From: Basidiobolus meristosporus CBS 931.73
Lineage: Eukaryota; Fungi; Basidiobolomycota
NCBI GenBank assembly: GCA_002104905.1
Contig: MCFE01000599.1
Location: 1-54,685, forward strand
Direction of reading: 5' to 3'
DNA length: 54,685 nt
Within the stretch, counting starts at the first letter, position 1. The number at the start of each line of letters is the position of its first letter. Shown here piece by piece: positions 37,367 through 51,658 of the stretch. The translations under genes and the position numbers were made by a program. Below the pieces are notes generated by a model, which saw only the letters and a program-made list of their open reading frames with translations, was not told the origin of the DNA and ran no database searches.

Positions 37367-40300
37367 AAGCGCTAGCGTTTGCACTCCCCTCATGCTCTCA
37401 TGGTGCTGATTTAGGAGCCGATGCTTCCTGTAGGAATTCTGACATCTCTTGGGCTTTAGAGTTTACTTAATTGTATGCTGAGCGGAACATCCGTTTCTGA
37501 GGGCGAATCGGAATGGCTGCGTAGCTGAATAAGTATATCTACTTCGGTAGATGCCAACCTATATCACATTCGGCAAGTTTACCATGATTGTCAATCACTT
37601 AAAATAAGTAGCCTTTTAAGCATCCCACCCGTCCCAAAACGAAATCCGGCTCAGAAGCCTTATGGTGATGTTGCCATGTGAAGGTGTTCCTTGGAACTTC
37701 TATTAAACCGCACTCTGCGATCTATCAGGCCCGTGTAGGAGATGGATTTTCTGACTGGAATGCTTTCCAGAACAATGCTATTTATTGATCATATCATTCG
37801 GCGTTTACTTGGTTTGCTTGGTAATGTTCACGGGCCCCATATATGGGATTTGCGTACAGTGATCGACAACCATGCTGCGCTGATCATTGGGAAATCGAGC
37901 ATGTTAGTGGCTAGTTATCGAGTATGTGGAGTGCCTCATGCACCTCACCATCCAACGCGTTAGATTCACCTCCCGGTGGATTCAGATCTCCCCGACTCAT
38001 CTCAGCTCCTTCCAGCCCTCTACCCGCGGCCGCACAACGGGTATGCTTGGGAAATTCTAAACCTTGTATCGTCAACATGGCTCCGACTGATCTGCTGCTG
38101 CAGCAACGCCGTTCTGGTGGCCTTCTTTTTTGAGGTTTCTTGGCTGAACTGGAGTTGGGTCGCGATGGTTCCTGAACTGGGGAAATTAGATTAGATTTTG
38201 ACAAATCCGGTAGTCGAGTTGTGTGATTTTCCCGTCATTTGAGCTTGCATGGAACTGAATCCAATCGCGGTTAAACGGCCCAGAGAGGAATTACCGAATT
38301 TGGAAGGGTCGATTCAGCTTGCTGCATGCAGTCGACCAGTGCTGTGGTGAGCAAGCACTTGGTGAGATACCGCCAACTTCTATCAGTGGCTCCCATATCG
38401 GTTAAATCGAACCGAGCCCCCTTGGATGGATTAGGCATAGGGAAATTCGAAGGCTCCGAGGTTCGAGCTCGTGGTCGATAGGCTCTCCACAGTGTCGCTG
38501 AATGCTGCCAGCGTACCGAGCAAAGTTTACGAGCATCCGTGCTTCCCCTCAGCCTACCCCACAACGTGGAAATACGATACTTCCAAGGCACTTGCAACCC
38601 ACTTTACGCCACCCGGCACATTTTGTTAGTTTGTGGGGGCAGCCCCTGAAACTCCTCGTTTTTGCGAATTGATTTCGGTCGGTAGCCACGCCTCATGGAG
38701 TAATTGTGAGATGAGACCCAATTACAGCCTGGCAATGGTTGGATTTGGACGGATTCTGCCTGTTCGGTGGTAAGCAAGCAGCTCCATCTCAGCCAGCTGG
38801 CCTTTCTTTCTGCCTTGCAATGTACCCCCTCAGTTACACGATTGCCTCCAAAGATACCATGAACGATAGCCGGTACCACGCGGCTCTACCGCCCTCGGAA
38901 ACCATACTCGGGGCATCCCCTGTTCATCTATGGGGTGCTGGCGGATGGTTGGCTAAAGAGTAGCAGCTCCAATGTACCAAGTTTATAGGTCGTTTTTTCA
39001 CGCTTACGGACTCGATCTTGACGACTCTACTGGTCGGGATTCGACCATTGCTGAATCAAGTTGATCGATAAGCTTGGGGAGGGGTCTGCTGCAACCTCAA
39101 GGCAGGCAGGGGCATTCCACGCAAAAGAAGATCCATGAACGGTATGTAATCGAATCCAACCCAATATAAAAGGGCTGGCCTGGACTATTTCTAGTGCGGA
39201 GAGATGGTCTTCTGGAGTGGATAGATAGTTGATCAGAAAGCCCAAGCTCTTTGCGTGCAGTGAGGTTGAAGTGTGAAGGATTCCACTCGGAGCAGGCCTC
39301 AACCAGTGCTGCGGTCTAGAACCCATCTCAAAAGCTAGGGAGACTAAGGTGATGCCTTCAATTGGTATAGATTATCGACGAGGAGGTCCCAATATTGTCT
39401 AGACCATTTACCCAATCAAGCAGGTAGAAGCTTCCCCTTAATGCATTTCGATAAAATTGGTCCGGGGCACCTTGATATCTCCCCCAGATTTTGTACATAA
39501 TCGCCTTATGGGAGTCGGCTTACCCGTTGTTTATGTGAAAACACTGGCCCAGTACCAACCTTGTAAAGGCCCTAGACGATGCAATGGACTGTTTTGTTGC
39601 GGTAGATGGTCGAAGTTTAAATCTCCAATGGTTCCCATGCACTCACAGCCGTTTTCGGTTGGATCCGGGTAGTTTGGCATCCTCATCCAGCTCCTTCAAA
39701 TCAGAAGAGACCCAATCCACCAAACAACTGAGGGGCTCCACATGGTTGGTTTACTCTCTGGTTAGTGAGTCCCGATCATGCTTCATTCGTTGCGAAAATC
39801 GAGAGGTCTGACGAAGGATCACCACGTGGAAGCACTTCCTAGCTTGCAATGACATTCCCACGTACCGCGTTTGGCGGCCATTCGTTTTCACATGCTTGTC
39901 ACCCAGGAATGAGTTGGAGGTAGGATCCTATCATGCGCCTTTGATGCGGTGTCACCCCAGTTGGTTGCGCAATCCCACTCCACCAATCTTCCTCGCATCC
40001 TAATCCCCTAAGGGGTGGGTTGGCTTCAGGTAGGTTGCAAACAGGTAGCAATCAATCCTTCATCCAAGCATTCAATATGACTGGCCATAGGCTGTCAGAC
40101 TGCTGCAATCGGCTGGAGGTACCGGCTCCAACCTTCCATCTGCACCCGTATAATTACTGATGAGCATCTCAATTCGGAAGCGTGATGATTTGCCTTTGGA
40201 GAGGGGGATATTATTGGCACGATATGCTAACCCCATCTCCGTACGGAATACCAGGCGAAAGGTCGAGCATTACCGCCTGCATAGGGCATTGGGACATCAG

Positions 40301-41689
40301 CCATTCCCAGATTGAATGCCACGCAACGAAGAGTGGCAAACAAACTTTGCTCGTGTGCAGGGGTCCATCCAGGAGGGAGGTGGCTCAGTAGCGTCCGAGC
40401 CTGAGAATCTTTAGTCCTTGACCTTCATCCAAGTTTGGAATATAGATGCCTGCGCCTTGACCTGGCTGCAAAGAATTCCAGCACCTGATTACACGCTTCA
40501 TCAAGTGTGAAACTTGAAGCACTGAGCATTTCTTCGGATGTTCGCTTGGCACAGTGGCAACGAATTCGGTCTAAAAAATGGAACCGACTTGGATCATCGA
40601 TCGGACTTCAAGGCTCCGATGTGGTGCGAAGCACCCCCACAGTACCCAGGTCGGAGAACCGAAAGGTTTGGATCATATTCGCTTGCTGATATATCAAGTC
40701 GAAACTAAGCATTTAGACTTTTGTAGAAATCTGTGGAACTATCCATAAGGATGGTTTGAAGAAGGTCCTGGGGGGGGCAGCATGCCAAGTTTTGTGTCAA
40801 TCGAACCGGTTTGAGAATCCTGTACGAAGTTGGCAGATGTCTTGAATTATCTCAACGAGCTGATGGATAGATCGCGAACTAAGCCATTCCTTGATCTTCA
40901 GTGGGTTCACAATTCGGTTCGGTGGCTACATATGCTGCATGCACATTTAGGCGCGAAGCTTATGAATCGCAATACTACCACAGGGCTTTCGAACATGTTC
41001 GGAGTATTTGGTAACCTTTGGTGTTCCCATAATCCAAAGAATTCATGAATATTGGCTGGCATGAATCTGAAGTCCATACTTGATTCCACTTGTTGCACAC
41101 TTTTTCTCCAGACATGCAGTCCGGAGTAAAACCAAGCATTTTTCTTTGGCAGGGAGTTCTTATATTGAAACCCTATATCACTGCAGATTCTACCTTTATT
41201 TTCGACTGGACTTGCCCAATACGGTATCTCAAAATTCCATGCGTCAAATATGGGCTGATGTTAGGTCGCTTATATTTAGGATGGTAATGGTGTGTTATGC
41301 TCGCGGATAGGGTACGTATCTCAGCCTCATCAAAATAATTCCACACCTGTACGCAGCATCCATCGTGTAGCCATTTGTATCACCCATGTGTTGCCGATTA
41401 TGAGCCTTTCTTATATATCAACACAAAACTACTTTAGGATCTCTGGGTGTAGTTGCGGCAATTTGCACAAGCAGCTGAAATGGTACTTTCACTTGGCACT
41501 GAATCAGGTATATCCATACCCAGCAGTTCTGGGGTTGCTGTCATTTTCACTAATGCCTAATTTGTAACAAACCGATCACGAATAATCCATTGCAGAATTC
41601 AAGGTGAATCACATCCTCATATGCCAGTGGTCAACTTGAAGCTATTCCTTCAGCTCTCCAGATCATATATAATGCTCCTATGATGTAGT

Positions 41690-41830
41690 TGTTGTAACAG
41701 TCTTGGGGATATTGGAAGTAATTGAGAGAGTAGGTTGCCATTTGGTCTTTACTTATTTACTAAATGTATCAGTGGTGCTGATACTTTTGAAAGGTCTTGG
41801 CAAAGCCAACATGTATGATATGCTGAAAAT
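41690..41830 (-). mobile_element. Decayed partial LTR
   Basis: tgttgtaacagtcttggggatattggaagt matches the reversed LTR end; similarity fades after about 140 bp. Confidence 0.6.
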
Positions 41831-42492
41831 ATTAAGTATACTCCAATACCACTTGGGAATGGTAAGACTCTGTTTGCTTATTGTTAGGCTTTAAGTGCTC
41901 ACTAGGGATCTAGCTTGTAAGATGATGGCTAGTTCCTAGCAAGTGCTATGCAATTTGGGCTTTTGGACAAACTTGTGAATTCCTAATAGCTTCCATGCAT
42001 GCACATTTTTTGAATTGCTTGAAGTTGTAATCTTTTGATTACAAATAAATATCCCACTAGCTTGGTCACCAAGATCATAGTTTACAAGTATTTGCATTTC
42101 TTGCCTGAATCCTTGCTAAGAACTACCTGGAATATTTTGCCTCCATGATGGTTACTCAGGACCTGAAGAGTCTCAAGGTAGCTGAAAAGCCTGCAAGTCT
42201 TGGACATGTGTTTCTGGTGTTGTAAAAATTTGTATTTCCACCTAAATATTCACCTAACTTAGTCACTTAGATCATTACCTTCAAATCCTAGAGAATACTG
42301 ACCAAATTCCTTGTTGGGATTTACTTAGAATATTTACCCAGAACATGAAATTAGATAAGTTGTCCAAGCAGCCCCAAACTTTGCACACATGTTCTTGGGA
42401 CCTTCCTTAACCTATTCTACGTGTTTATAATGCCAAGATCAGGTAAAAGTATAAATACTACCTTTACATTCAATAAATCATTAAGTGAAAAC

Positions 42493-42841
42493 TGTTGCAA
42501 TATTCTGAGGAGTATTGGAAGTGATGTGGAGAACTAGAGGATTTACATGTTATTCACTTGTAGATTTATTGATCAAAAGTATGGTATTTATACTTTTGAT
42601 AAAGTAGAGGAAACAAACGTGTAGAGTTTGTTAAGGAAGGTCCCAAGAATATGTGTGCAAAGTTTGGGGTCTTTTGGACGACTTTGAGAAAAATAATAAT
42701 CTGGGTACCTGACAATTTGGTGAAAATATTCTAAGTAAATCCCAACAAGAAATCTAGTCAGGACAGAATGCTAATCACAGAATAAGATCTATGTGACTAA
42801 GTTAGCATGAATATTTAGGTGACAATTCAATAATTACAACA
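42493..42841 (-). mobile_element. Inverted LTR of a diverged subfamily at the deletion junction inside element 1
   Basis: tgttgcaa...ttacaaca ends and full length. Flanks AAAAC (LTR sequence) and AATAT (integrase GGEY codons) do not match. Confidence 0.88.
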
Positions 42842-45149
42842 AATATACCTCAAAACTCTTCATCCACTTCTGCAAAATTCATGGGATAAAGCAAGAGACT
42901 ACTGTACCATACTCCCCACAGCAAAATGGAGTAGCAGAACAAGCTAACAGATCAATAACTGATATGGCAAGATCTATGATCCATGATCAAAAATTATCCT
43001 ACAATTTTTGGGCAGAATCAGTTGCCACTGCTGTATATCTTAAAAATAGGAGTTATAACAGAATACTTTGTGATTCTACTCCATTTGAAATGTGATATGG
43101 TTACAGACCAAGTGCAGAACATCTAAGAATATTTGGGTGTACCGCATATGCCAAAAAACTGGCCGGAAATCAGTCAAAATTTAAGCCAAAAAGTGTAAAA
43201 TGCATATTTTTGGGCTACTACAATGAGAGTAAGGCATACAGACTCTACAATACCAAAGCAAAGAAGCTTATCAAATCCAGGGATGTGTTGTTTGATGAAA
43301 ATTCAAAATTTTCACAAAAAATGACATCAGATGATGACAAAAATTTGATCTCAAGTCCACCAATTGTCAGGATTGAATCAGAGCAAAACAATGAAAATTT
43401 TTTCACCCCAGAGGACTCTACAACCGTGGTTCAGCCAGAATCAGTGCACAGGAATATCCCAGAAGTGATCATTCCAGTATCAAATACCTGGAGATCAAAT
43501 TGGACAAGAAATAGCCCAAATTACTATATCAATGAGGGTATAAACTTAGCCTATGCCTATTCAGTCCATATTGATGAACCCCAGACTGTAAAAGAGGCCC
43601 TAAATAGCCCTCAGACAAAGTTTTGGAGATCTGCAATGACTGAGGAATATCAGGCACTGATGGAAAATCAAACCTGGGACTTAGTCAAATTACTAATCAA
43701 CCAAAAATCAATTGGATGCAGATGGGTCTTCATGACAAAATACAAGACTGATGGTACAATTGAAAGATACAAAGCAAGACTTGTAGCCAAAGGATACTCT
43801 CAAACAAAAGGACTTGACTATACTGAGACCTTTGCACCGGTAGCCAAGTTTAATTCCATCAGATTAATATTGGCTATTGCAGCCAAATATAAGTTTTTTA
43901 TTCATCAAATGGATGTAAAAACTGCATTTTTGAATGGAGAACTTGATGAGGATGTGTATATGGCCCAGCCTGATGGGTTTGTAGACCATGATAACCCCCA
44001 TTTGGTCTTCAAGCTTAAAAAGTCACTATATGGTCTCAAACAATCACCAAGAGCCTGAAATTGCAAGATAGATTCTTATTTGGAATCTTTGAGTTGCAAA
44101 AGAAGTAATGCTGACTATAGTATATACTATAAGCCAGATAGAGCAAATCCAGTTCTATTAGCTCTATATGTGGATGATCTTATTATAGCCGCCAATAACC
44201 TAGAAACATTAGAAGAGACTAAATCCTGCCTATCTAAGGAGTTCAAGATGTCTGATCTAGGAGAACTTAGTTACTACTTAGGGATTAAGTTCTCCATAGA
44301 CAGAAGTACCCAGGCTATCACCCTAAGTCAATCCAAGTATATTCAAGATATACTAAAGAAGTACAAGATGGAATACTGTAAACCGGCAGCTACCCCAATG
44401 GAGACAAACCTTAACTTGGACAAAACTAAACCAAATCAAGAGAGCTTGGTGCCATCTGAAAGCCCTGACTTTTATTATCAATCTATGGTTGACAGTCTGA
44501 TGTATATCATGCTTGGAACACGTCCAGATATCTCATATTCAGTGGGAGTTGTCAGCCAACATAATCAGAACTATGGATCTGATCAAATGGCAGCAGTTAA
44601 GCGGATATTTAGATACCTAAAAGGAACTGCTGATATTTGCGTAAGATACACTTATAAGGACTCAGAACAAGATCTTGTGGGATACTCTGATGCAGATTGG
44701 GGACAAAATTTAGAAGACGGAAGATCCACCATAGGATACACCTTTCTTTACTGTAAAGGAGCAATTTCATGGAATTCAAGAAAGGAACCAAATGTAGCAC
44801 TTTCCACCACAGAGGCAGAGTATATGGCAGCCTGTGAAGCTACAAAAGAAGCAATGTGGTTAAGAAAGCTGTTTACAGATTTAGGCCCATGTTAAAAAAC
44901 AGCTATTACATTATCTGAAGATAATCAAGGATGTATACTATTAGGTAGAAATCCAACTTTTCATGCTAGAACCAAGCACATAGATATTAGACATCATTTC
45001 ATATGTGAAGCTATGGAGAATAACTTAGTTAGCTTAGTTTACTGTCCTACAGATGAAATGATTGCAGACATATTTACTAAACCATTAGCTAGAGACAAGT
45101 TTGAATATCTTAGGTCAAAATTAGGACTAGTCAGTATGAACATTTAGCT

Positions 45150-45158
45150 GAGTGGGAG
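45150..45158 (+). other. Polypurine tract GAGTGGGAG before the LTR (repeated at 49445-49453)
   Basis: Identical purine-rich run directly abutting the TG of both downstream LTRs. Confidence 0.8.
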
Positions 45159-48100
45159 TGTTGTAAAAATTTGTATTTCCACCTAAATACTCACCTAACT
45201 TAGTCACCTAGATCATTACCTTCAAATCCTAGAGAATACTGACCAAATTCCTTGTTGTGATTTACTTAGAATATTTACCCAGAACATGAAAATTTGATAA
45301 GTTGTCCAAACAGCCCCAAACTTTGCACACATGTTCTTGGGACCTTCCTTAACCTATTTTACGTGTTTGTAATGCCAAGATCTGGTAAAAGTATAAATAC
45401 TACTTTTACATTCAATAAATAATTAAGTGAAAACCACATAATCTACTTGTTCTTCTAATCACTTCCAATATCTCCAAAACTCTTACAACAGGCTATGAGC
45501 CCCAAGCTGTCACTCTCTGCAATGTCCACTACTGCTATTACTGGAACTTTTCCCTCTGCTGAAAAGTTGGATGGATCTAACTACCAAGTGTGGAAGGTGA
45601 AGAAGAAGATGAAGATGCTGCTACATGAAAGAGGCCTTTGGGATATTGTCATGGGAGAAGAATGCCCTCCTAAAAACGTGGGAGAGGAAGCCTTAAAGTA
45701 CCAGAAGAAAGAACAATGTGCCTTTAACTGCATTAGCCATAATGTTAAGAACAAATTGCTAATTCAATGCTCAAGAGCAAAAACAGCAAAGAATGCCTAG
45801 AAGGTATTAGAAGACACCTACCAGTCATGCTCAGCTGCTAAGAAAATGTATTCAAGACAAAAATTCTTTACTACAACGATGCTGCCAGCAGAAGAAATGA
45901 AAAATCTAATTAACAGAATTACCCTGCTGGTTGATGAAATGGAATCTGTGGGTGTACCAACTACTGATGAGGATGTGATAGTTACCATCCTGAATAGCCT
46001 GACAGACAAGTTTCAGGGCCTTGTATCAGCCCTAGAGTCCAGAACTGAAGATTTGACCTTAAATTGCATATATGGAAGGCTCCTGGATGAAGAATTAAGA
46101 AAATCAAGTGCAAATAAGAAGGAAGAAGACAATGCTTTAATAAGCAATGATAACCAACAAAGGAGGTACCCAACACCCTACAAAGGCAACAGCAGCCTGT
46201 TCTGTAACTACCGCAAAAGGAAAGGATACGCATCAGACTGGTGCTTCAAAAAGAAAGATAGTCTGCAGAAAAAGCCTGAATATGGAAATACTGCAACAAC
46301 TGAAGATGGACTATTCATATCTGCACTAAATATGACCACAAACAAGGATTCTCAGAGGTGGTATGTTGACTCTGGAGCATTTCAACACTTTACACACCAA
46401 AAGAACTTTTTACGCAATATCAAGAAGTTCCAATTAACAAGGTTTTCTTGGGTGACAATAGAACACTTGATGCAGTGGGAGAAGGAACTATCCAAGTAAA
46501 CATAAGAAGCAGTGAAGAAAGCCATACATTGACCTTTGACAAACTACTCTGTGTACTGTAAGCAAGGCCACTGCAGAAGGACTCAGTTTCAGCTTTGACA
46601 ATTCTGGATGAAAGATCACTGATCAAAATGGTGCCCATATTGCTTTGGGTATCAGAGATCAGAATCTATACAATTTGACTTATATTCCATCATATTTGGA
46701 AGCCAATATAAGTAACTTAAATGAAGAAACACCAATGCTTTGGCACAGGAGATATGGGCACATCAATTTTGATTATTTGCGCAAAATGATCAAAGATCAG
46801 CTAATTTCTGGAGTAAAAATTAATCCCCCAGCTAATTTGGAGCACTGTGAAGCCTGCAAATATGGGAAACAAGCCAGACAACTATTCAAGAGATCTGGAT
46901 TAATCAAAACTAAGAAAATATTAGATCTAATTCACTCAGATCTATGTGGACCTATGCAAAATTTATCCTTAGGCAGGATGAAGTATTTAACCACTTTTAT
47001 TGACAATTATACAAGACACACATGGGTATACTTCATGGAGAGAAAGGAAGAAGCTCTGTCTAAGTTCAGGGAGCTTAAAGCCATGGTGGAGAGAGAAACT
47101 GGTGAAAAAATCAAGAAAATACGCTATGACAATGGTGGAGAATATACCTCAAAACTCTTCATCCACTGCTGCAAAATTCATGGGATAAAGCAAGAGACTA
47201 CTGTACCATACCCCCCACAGCAAAATGGAGTAGCAGAACAAGCTAACAGATCAATAACTGATATGGCAAGATCTATGATCCATGATCAAAAATTATCCTA
47301 TGATTTTTAGGTGGGATCAGTTGCTACAGCTGTATACCTTAAAGATAGGAGTTATAACAGAATACTTTGTGATCCTGCTCCATTTGAAGCATGGTATGAG
47401 TACAGACCAAGTGCAGAACCTCTAAGAATATTTGGATGTACAGCATATGGCAAGAAACTGCCTGGAAATCAGTCATAATTTGAGCCAAAAAGTGTAAAAT
47501 CCATATTTTTGGGCTACTGGAATGAGAGTAAAGCATACAGACTCTACAATTCCAAAGCAAAGAAGCTAATTAAGTCCAGGGATGTGTTGTTTGATGAAAA
47601 TTCAAAATTTTCACAAAAAATGACAACAGATAATGACAAAAATCTGATCTCAAGTCCACCAATTGTCAGGATTGAATCAGAGCAAAACAGTTAAAATTTT
47701 CACTCCAGAGGACTCTACAATTGTGGTTCAGCCATAATCAGTGCCCAGGAAAATCCCAGAAGTAATCATACAAGTATCAAATACCTGGAGATCCAATTGG
47801 ACAAGAAATAGCCCAAATTACTACATCAATGAGGGTACAAACTTAGCCTATGCCTATTCAGTCCATGCTGATGAACCCCAGACTGTAAAGGAGGCCCTAA
47901 ATAGCCCTAAGACAAAGTTTTGGAGGACTGCAATGACTGAGGAATATCAGGCCCTGATGCAAAGTCAAACCTGGGACTTAGTCAAATTACCAATCAACCA
48001 AATATCAATTGGATTCAGGTGGGTCTTCAAGGCAAAATACAAGGCTGATGGTACAATCAAAAGATACAAAGCAAGACTTGTGGCCAAAGGATACTCTCAA

Positions 48101-49802
48101 ACAAATGGACTTGACTATACAGTGACCTTTGCACCAGTTGCCAAGCTTAATTCCATCAGATTAATATTAGCTATTGCAGCCAAATATAAGTGTTTAATTC
48201 ATCAAGTGGATGTAAGAACTGCATTTTGAATGAAGAACTTGATGAGGATGTGTATATGCACCAGCCTGATGGGTTTGTTGACCAAGATAAACCCATTGGG
48301 TCTGTAATCTTAAAAAGTCACTATATGGTCTCAAACAATCACCAAGAGCCTGGAATTGCAAGATAGATTCTTATTTGGAATCTTTGAGTTTCAAAAGGAG
48401 TAATGATGACTATAGTATATACTATAAGCCAGATAGAGCAAGTCCAGTTCTATTAGCTCTATATGTGGATGATCTTATTATAGCAGCCAAAAACCTATCA
48501 ACATTGGAAGAGATTAAATCCAGCCTATCTAAAGAGTTCAAGATGTCCAATCTAGGAGAACTCAGTTACTACTTAGGGATAAGGTTCTCTGTAGACAGAA
48601 GTACCCAGACTATTACCCTAAGCCAATCCAAGTATATTCAAGATATACTAAAGAAGTACAAAGTGGAAGACTGTAAACCAGCAGCTACCCCAACAGAGAC
48701 AAACCTTAACTTGGTCAAAACTCAACCAAATCAAGAGAGCTTAGTGCCATCTGAAAGCCCTAACATTCCTTATCAATCTATTGTCTGCAGTTTGATGTAT
48801 ATCATGCTTGGAACATGTCCAGATATCTCATATACAGTGTGAGTTGTCAGCCAACATAATCAAAACTATGAATCTGATTATATTACAGCAGTTAAGTAGA
48901 TTTTTAAATATCCAAATGGAACTGCTGGTATCTGCTTAAGATACACTTATAAGGATGCAGAACAGGATTTTGTGGGTCACTCTGATGCTGATTGGGGACA
49001 AAACTTAGAAGACAGAAGATCCATCACAGGATACGCCTTTCTTTACTATAAAGGAGCAATTTTATGGAATTCAAGATGGCAACCAACCATAGCACTTTCT
49101 ACCACAGAGGCAGAGTATATGGCAGCCTGTAAGACTACAAAAGAAGCAATGTGGCTAAGAAAGCTTTTTACAGATTTAGGCCTATGTCAAAAAACAACTA
49201 TTACTTTACTACAAGATAATCAAGGATGTATACAATTAGGTGGAAATCCAACCTTTCATGCAAGAACCAAGCACATAGATATTAGACATCATTTCATACA
49301 TGAAGCTATTGTGAATAACTTAGTTAGCTTAGTTTACTGCCCTTCAGATGAAATGATTGCAGATATATTTACCATACCATTAGCTAGAGACAAGTTTGAA
49401 TATCTTAGGTCAAAATTAGGACTAGTCAGTATAAACATTTAGCTGAGTGGGAGTGCTGTAAAAGTTGGTAATTCCACTTAAATACTCACCTAACTTAGTC
49501 ACTTAGATCATTACCTTCAAATCCTAGAGAATTCTGACCAAGTTGCTTGTTGGGATTTACTTGGAATATTTTCACCAAAATACCAGGTACCCAGAGCATG
49601 AAAATTCTCAAAGCTGTCCAAACAGCCCCAAACTTTGCACACATGTTCTTGGGACCTTCCTTAGTCTATTCTACATGCTTGTAATGTCAAGACCATGTAA
49701 AAGTATAAATGCTACTTTTACATTCTATAAATCATTAAGGGAAAAGCACATAATCTACTTGTTCTCCCAATCACTTCCAATATCTCCAAGACTCTTACAA
49801 TA
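45159..49802 (+). mobile_element. Ty1/copia element 2, full length but pseudogenised (gag-PR-INT-RT-RH), LTRs 45159-45490 and 49454-49802
   Basis: gag KLDGSNYQVW and a decayed zinc knuckle, protease WYVDSGA, integrase HRRYGH/CEAC/HSDLCGP/DNGGEY, then RT and RNase H. The INT-before-RT order is that of copia. Many stops and frameshifts. Confidence 0.97.
45491..45503 (+). other. Primer binding site of element 2 (GGCTATGAGCCCC, one mismatch to the element 3 site)
   Basis: Abuts the CA end of the LTR; complementary to the initiator tRNA-Met anticodon arm. Confidence 0.8.
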
Positions 49803-50420
49803 ATGGTAAGGAATCCAGCAAGGCATGCTGACACAATCTGGATGCTGTTGCTTTCAGCCTGTATCCTTCCTCTTGAAGCTCACCTTCTGAATCCTCAAGA
49901 TATTCAATTACCCTCTGTCTGTTACTATGGAACTGTTGCCTGGATAAGTCCAGTGTATATTGCTCTTGGAAGCCACTTAGCTTTACTAATATATTATAGA
50001 GTACATTAGTCATTTGAGGCAAAAACTCATTCAAAATCTCTTTGGTTTTCAAAGTTGAGGCACAAATGGATGTGTCTGGTGTGTACTGAGCAAATTGCAT
50101 GCAAAATTGTTCCCATATGGCTTCCTCTTCAATTCCCCTCACTCTCAGCTCATTCTTGGCTTCAATTCTTGTTTTGTTATATATCTTCTTACATATATCC
50201 GCTGGCATCTTGATGTAGAACTCATGCCATCACTTTCAACTCAAACTTTTACATCTCTGTTGGCTCTCTAAGGTATCTAGTTTTGCTAGTTTAAAGAGTA
50301 GTGCCTAAATATCTGTATAAAGGCTCATTATAGACACCTGGGCCATACTAAAACTATTTGTCAAGAACTCAAACGGATTCAATATTGCCTTTTCCAGTTT
50401 GGACCATGCTTACAAGCTGA
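49803..50420 (-). pseudogene. Copy A of an unknown ORF, heavily decayed and cut by element 2's 3' LTR
   Basis: Aligns with 52216-52450 plus 53188-53468 (WHEFYIKMPAD...FLPQMTNVL...LSGFQEQ); multiple in-frame stops. Confidence 0.75.
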
Positions 50421-50915
50421 GGGATGGGTTTTGTCTAGGTTGTACTAAAGATGAGTTGAGACTTGATATAGGGACCATAGTGATGGATTTGGATACTTAT
50501 ACAGTAGTGCATTGGCATCAACCTGGTCTTATATGAAATATATATGAAAACTAATGTAATTGTTGAATTTTCTATATATTATGCATGATGCATCTTGGAT
50601 TGCATTGACATGGATCAAATCACATCAATTGCAGATTTCCTATTTGGTTATAGACTTGTGAGTAAAGCATCAATAAAAATACCAAGTCATTGTTTGAGAA
50701 TGATTTCTGCAACACAATGATGAGATACATAGCAATTAATGGAGATTTAATCATAATACATAGAAAATCAGATTAACAAAGCTGATTGCACCAAATTGAT
50801 TCAAATCACCTCAGCCTAATCACCTACCAAATTAATATGACTTACTCATCTGCATGGTATATCCCATCAATACCACTAGATTTCCTTTTGACACATTAGA
50901 GGAGATCTATATAAA

Positions 50916-51070
50916 AGACTTGTTCCATTGTACCATGCCAGGGCGCGTGGCACAATCCGCGGTTGCAAAGAACAATTGGGTGCAATATTATAGCTACCAG
51001 AAGGCAGGATTGTTCTTGGACAATTTTGCACTATGTGGGACAATCTTGCACACTATGGCACAATCTGACA
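50916..51070 (+). mobile_element. Single transposon-like end related to the foldback TIR
   Basis: Begins AGACTTGTTCCATTG versus AGACTTGTTCCGTTG at 52451, followed by repeated GGCACAAT/GCACTAT-type motifs. No partner end was found in the window. Confidence 0.55.
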
Positions 51071-51658
51071 CAATGAGGTTGGCATGGATGATTGCGCCAA
51101 CTCATAATGTTTGCATCACGTGCACAATTGGATACCGCTATAATGGCAGGTAAAATCCGGTATTTGGATATGCTTCTTTAATGTAAATGGAAATAAATGT
51201 GTATCACACTATAAACTACACTGATACTTACCATTTTGGTTACCCTCACTCCAATTGGACAGTATCTCAGTGGTTAATTGGTCCAAAGGTATCCTGAAGC
51301 TGGCAGCCCCCAATTGGCTCATTGACTACTGAAAAAGCTACCTGATTTGCCATCAAATATCCCATTTTGCCCATTGAGCAAGTAAATCCCTGATCCTAGT
51401 GATTGGACAAGGTGTCATAGCTAGCACGCAAGCAATTGTGTAGGTGCAAAACAGATCCAATAGCTGCACTGGTAGTACAGAAGACGTATATATATGCAGG
51501 GTGTTTATTTATAGGGGTTCTGTCTCAAATGTGAGACAACCTTGATATTACTTATATCAAAAATTTGATGATCACTGATTTGCAATGGCTTGATTTGGAT
51601 CACAAAAAAAAAGGGTTGTCGGGATAATTACAAATGTGAGCAACTCAAAGCAATCACA

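Larger units (their letters stand above)
42218..45490 (+). mobile_element. Ty1/copia element 1, defective: truncated 5' LTR 42218-42492, partial integrase from 42842, RT, RNase H, PPT, LTR 45159-45490
   Basis: QQNGVAEQANR, YKARLVAKGY, QMDVKTAFLNG, LYGLKQSPRA, LYVDDL, GYSDADWG, STTEAEY, KHIDIRHHF and ADIFTKPL are present, with several premature stops. gag and protease are missing. Confidence 0.96.

Noticed and set aside
38200-41300. Possible degenerate LINE on the minus strand (fragments like SPGIPY, KAHDRI, RYVGMSL, RKELGLSD)
   Set aside because: The motifs are weak, lie in different frames and are spaced wrongly (KAHD to YVG only about 70 nt apart); not supportable without a profile search.
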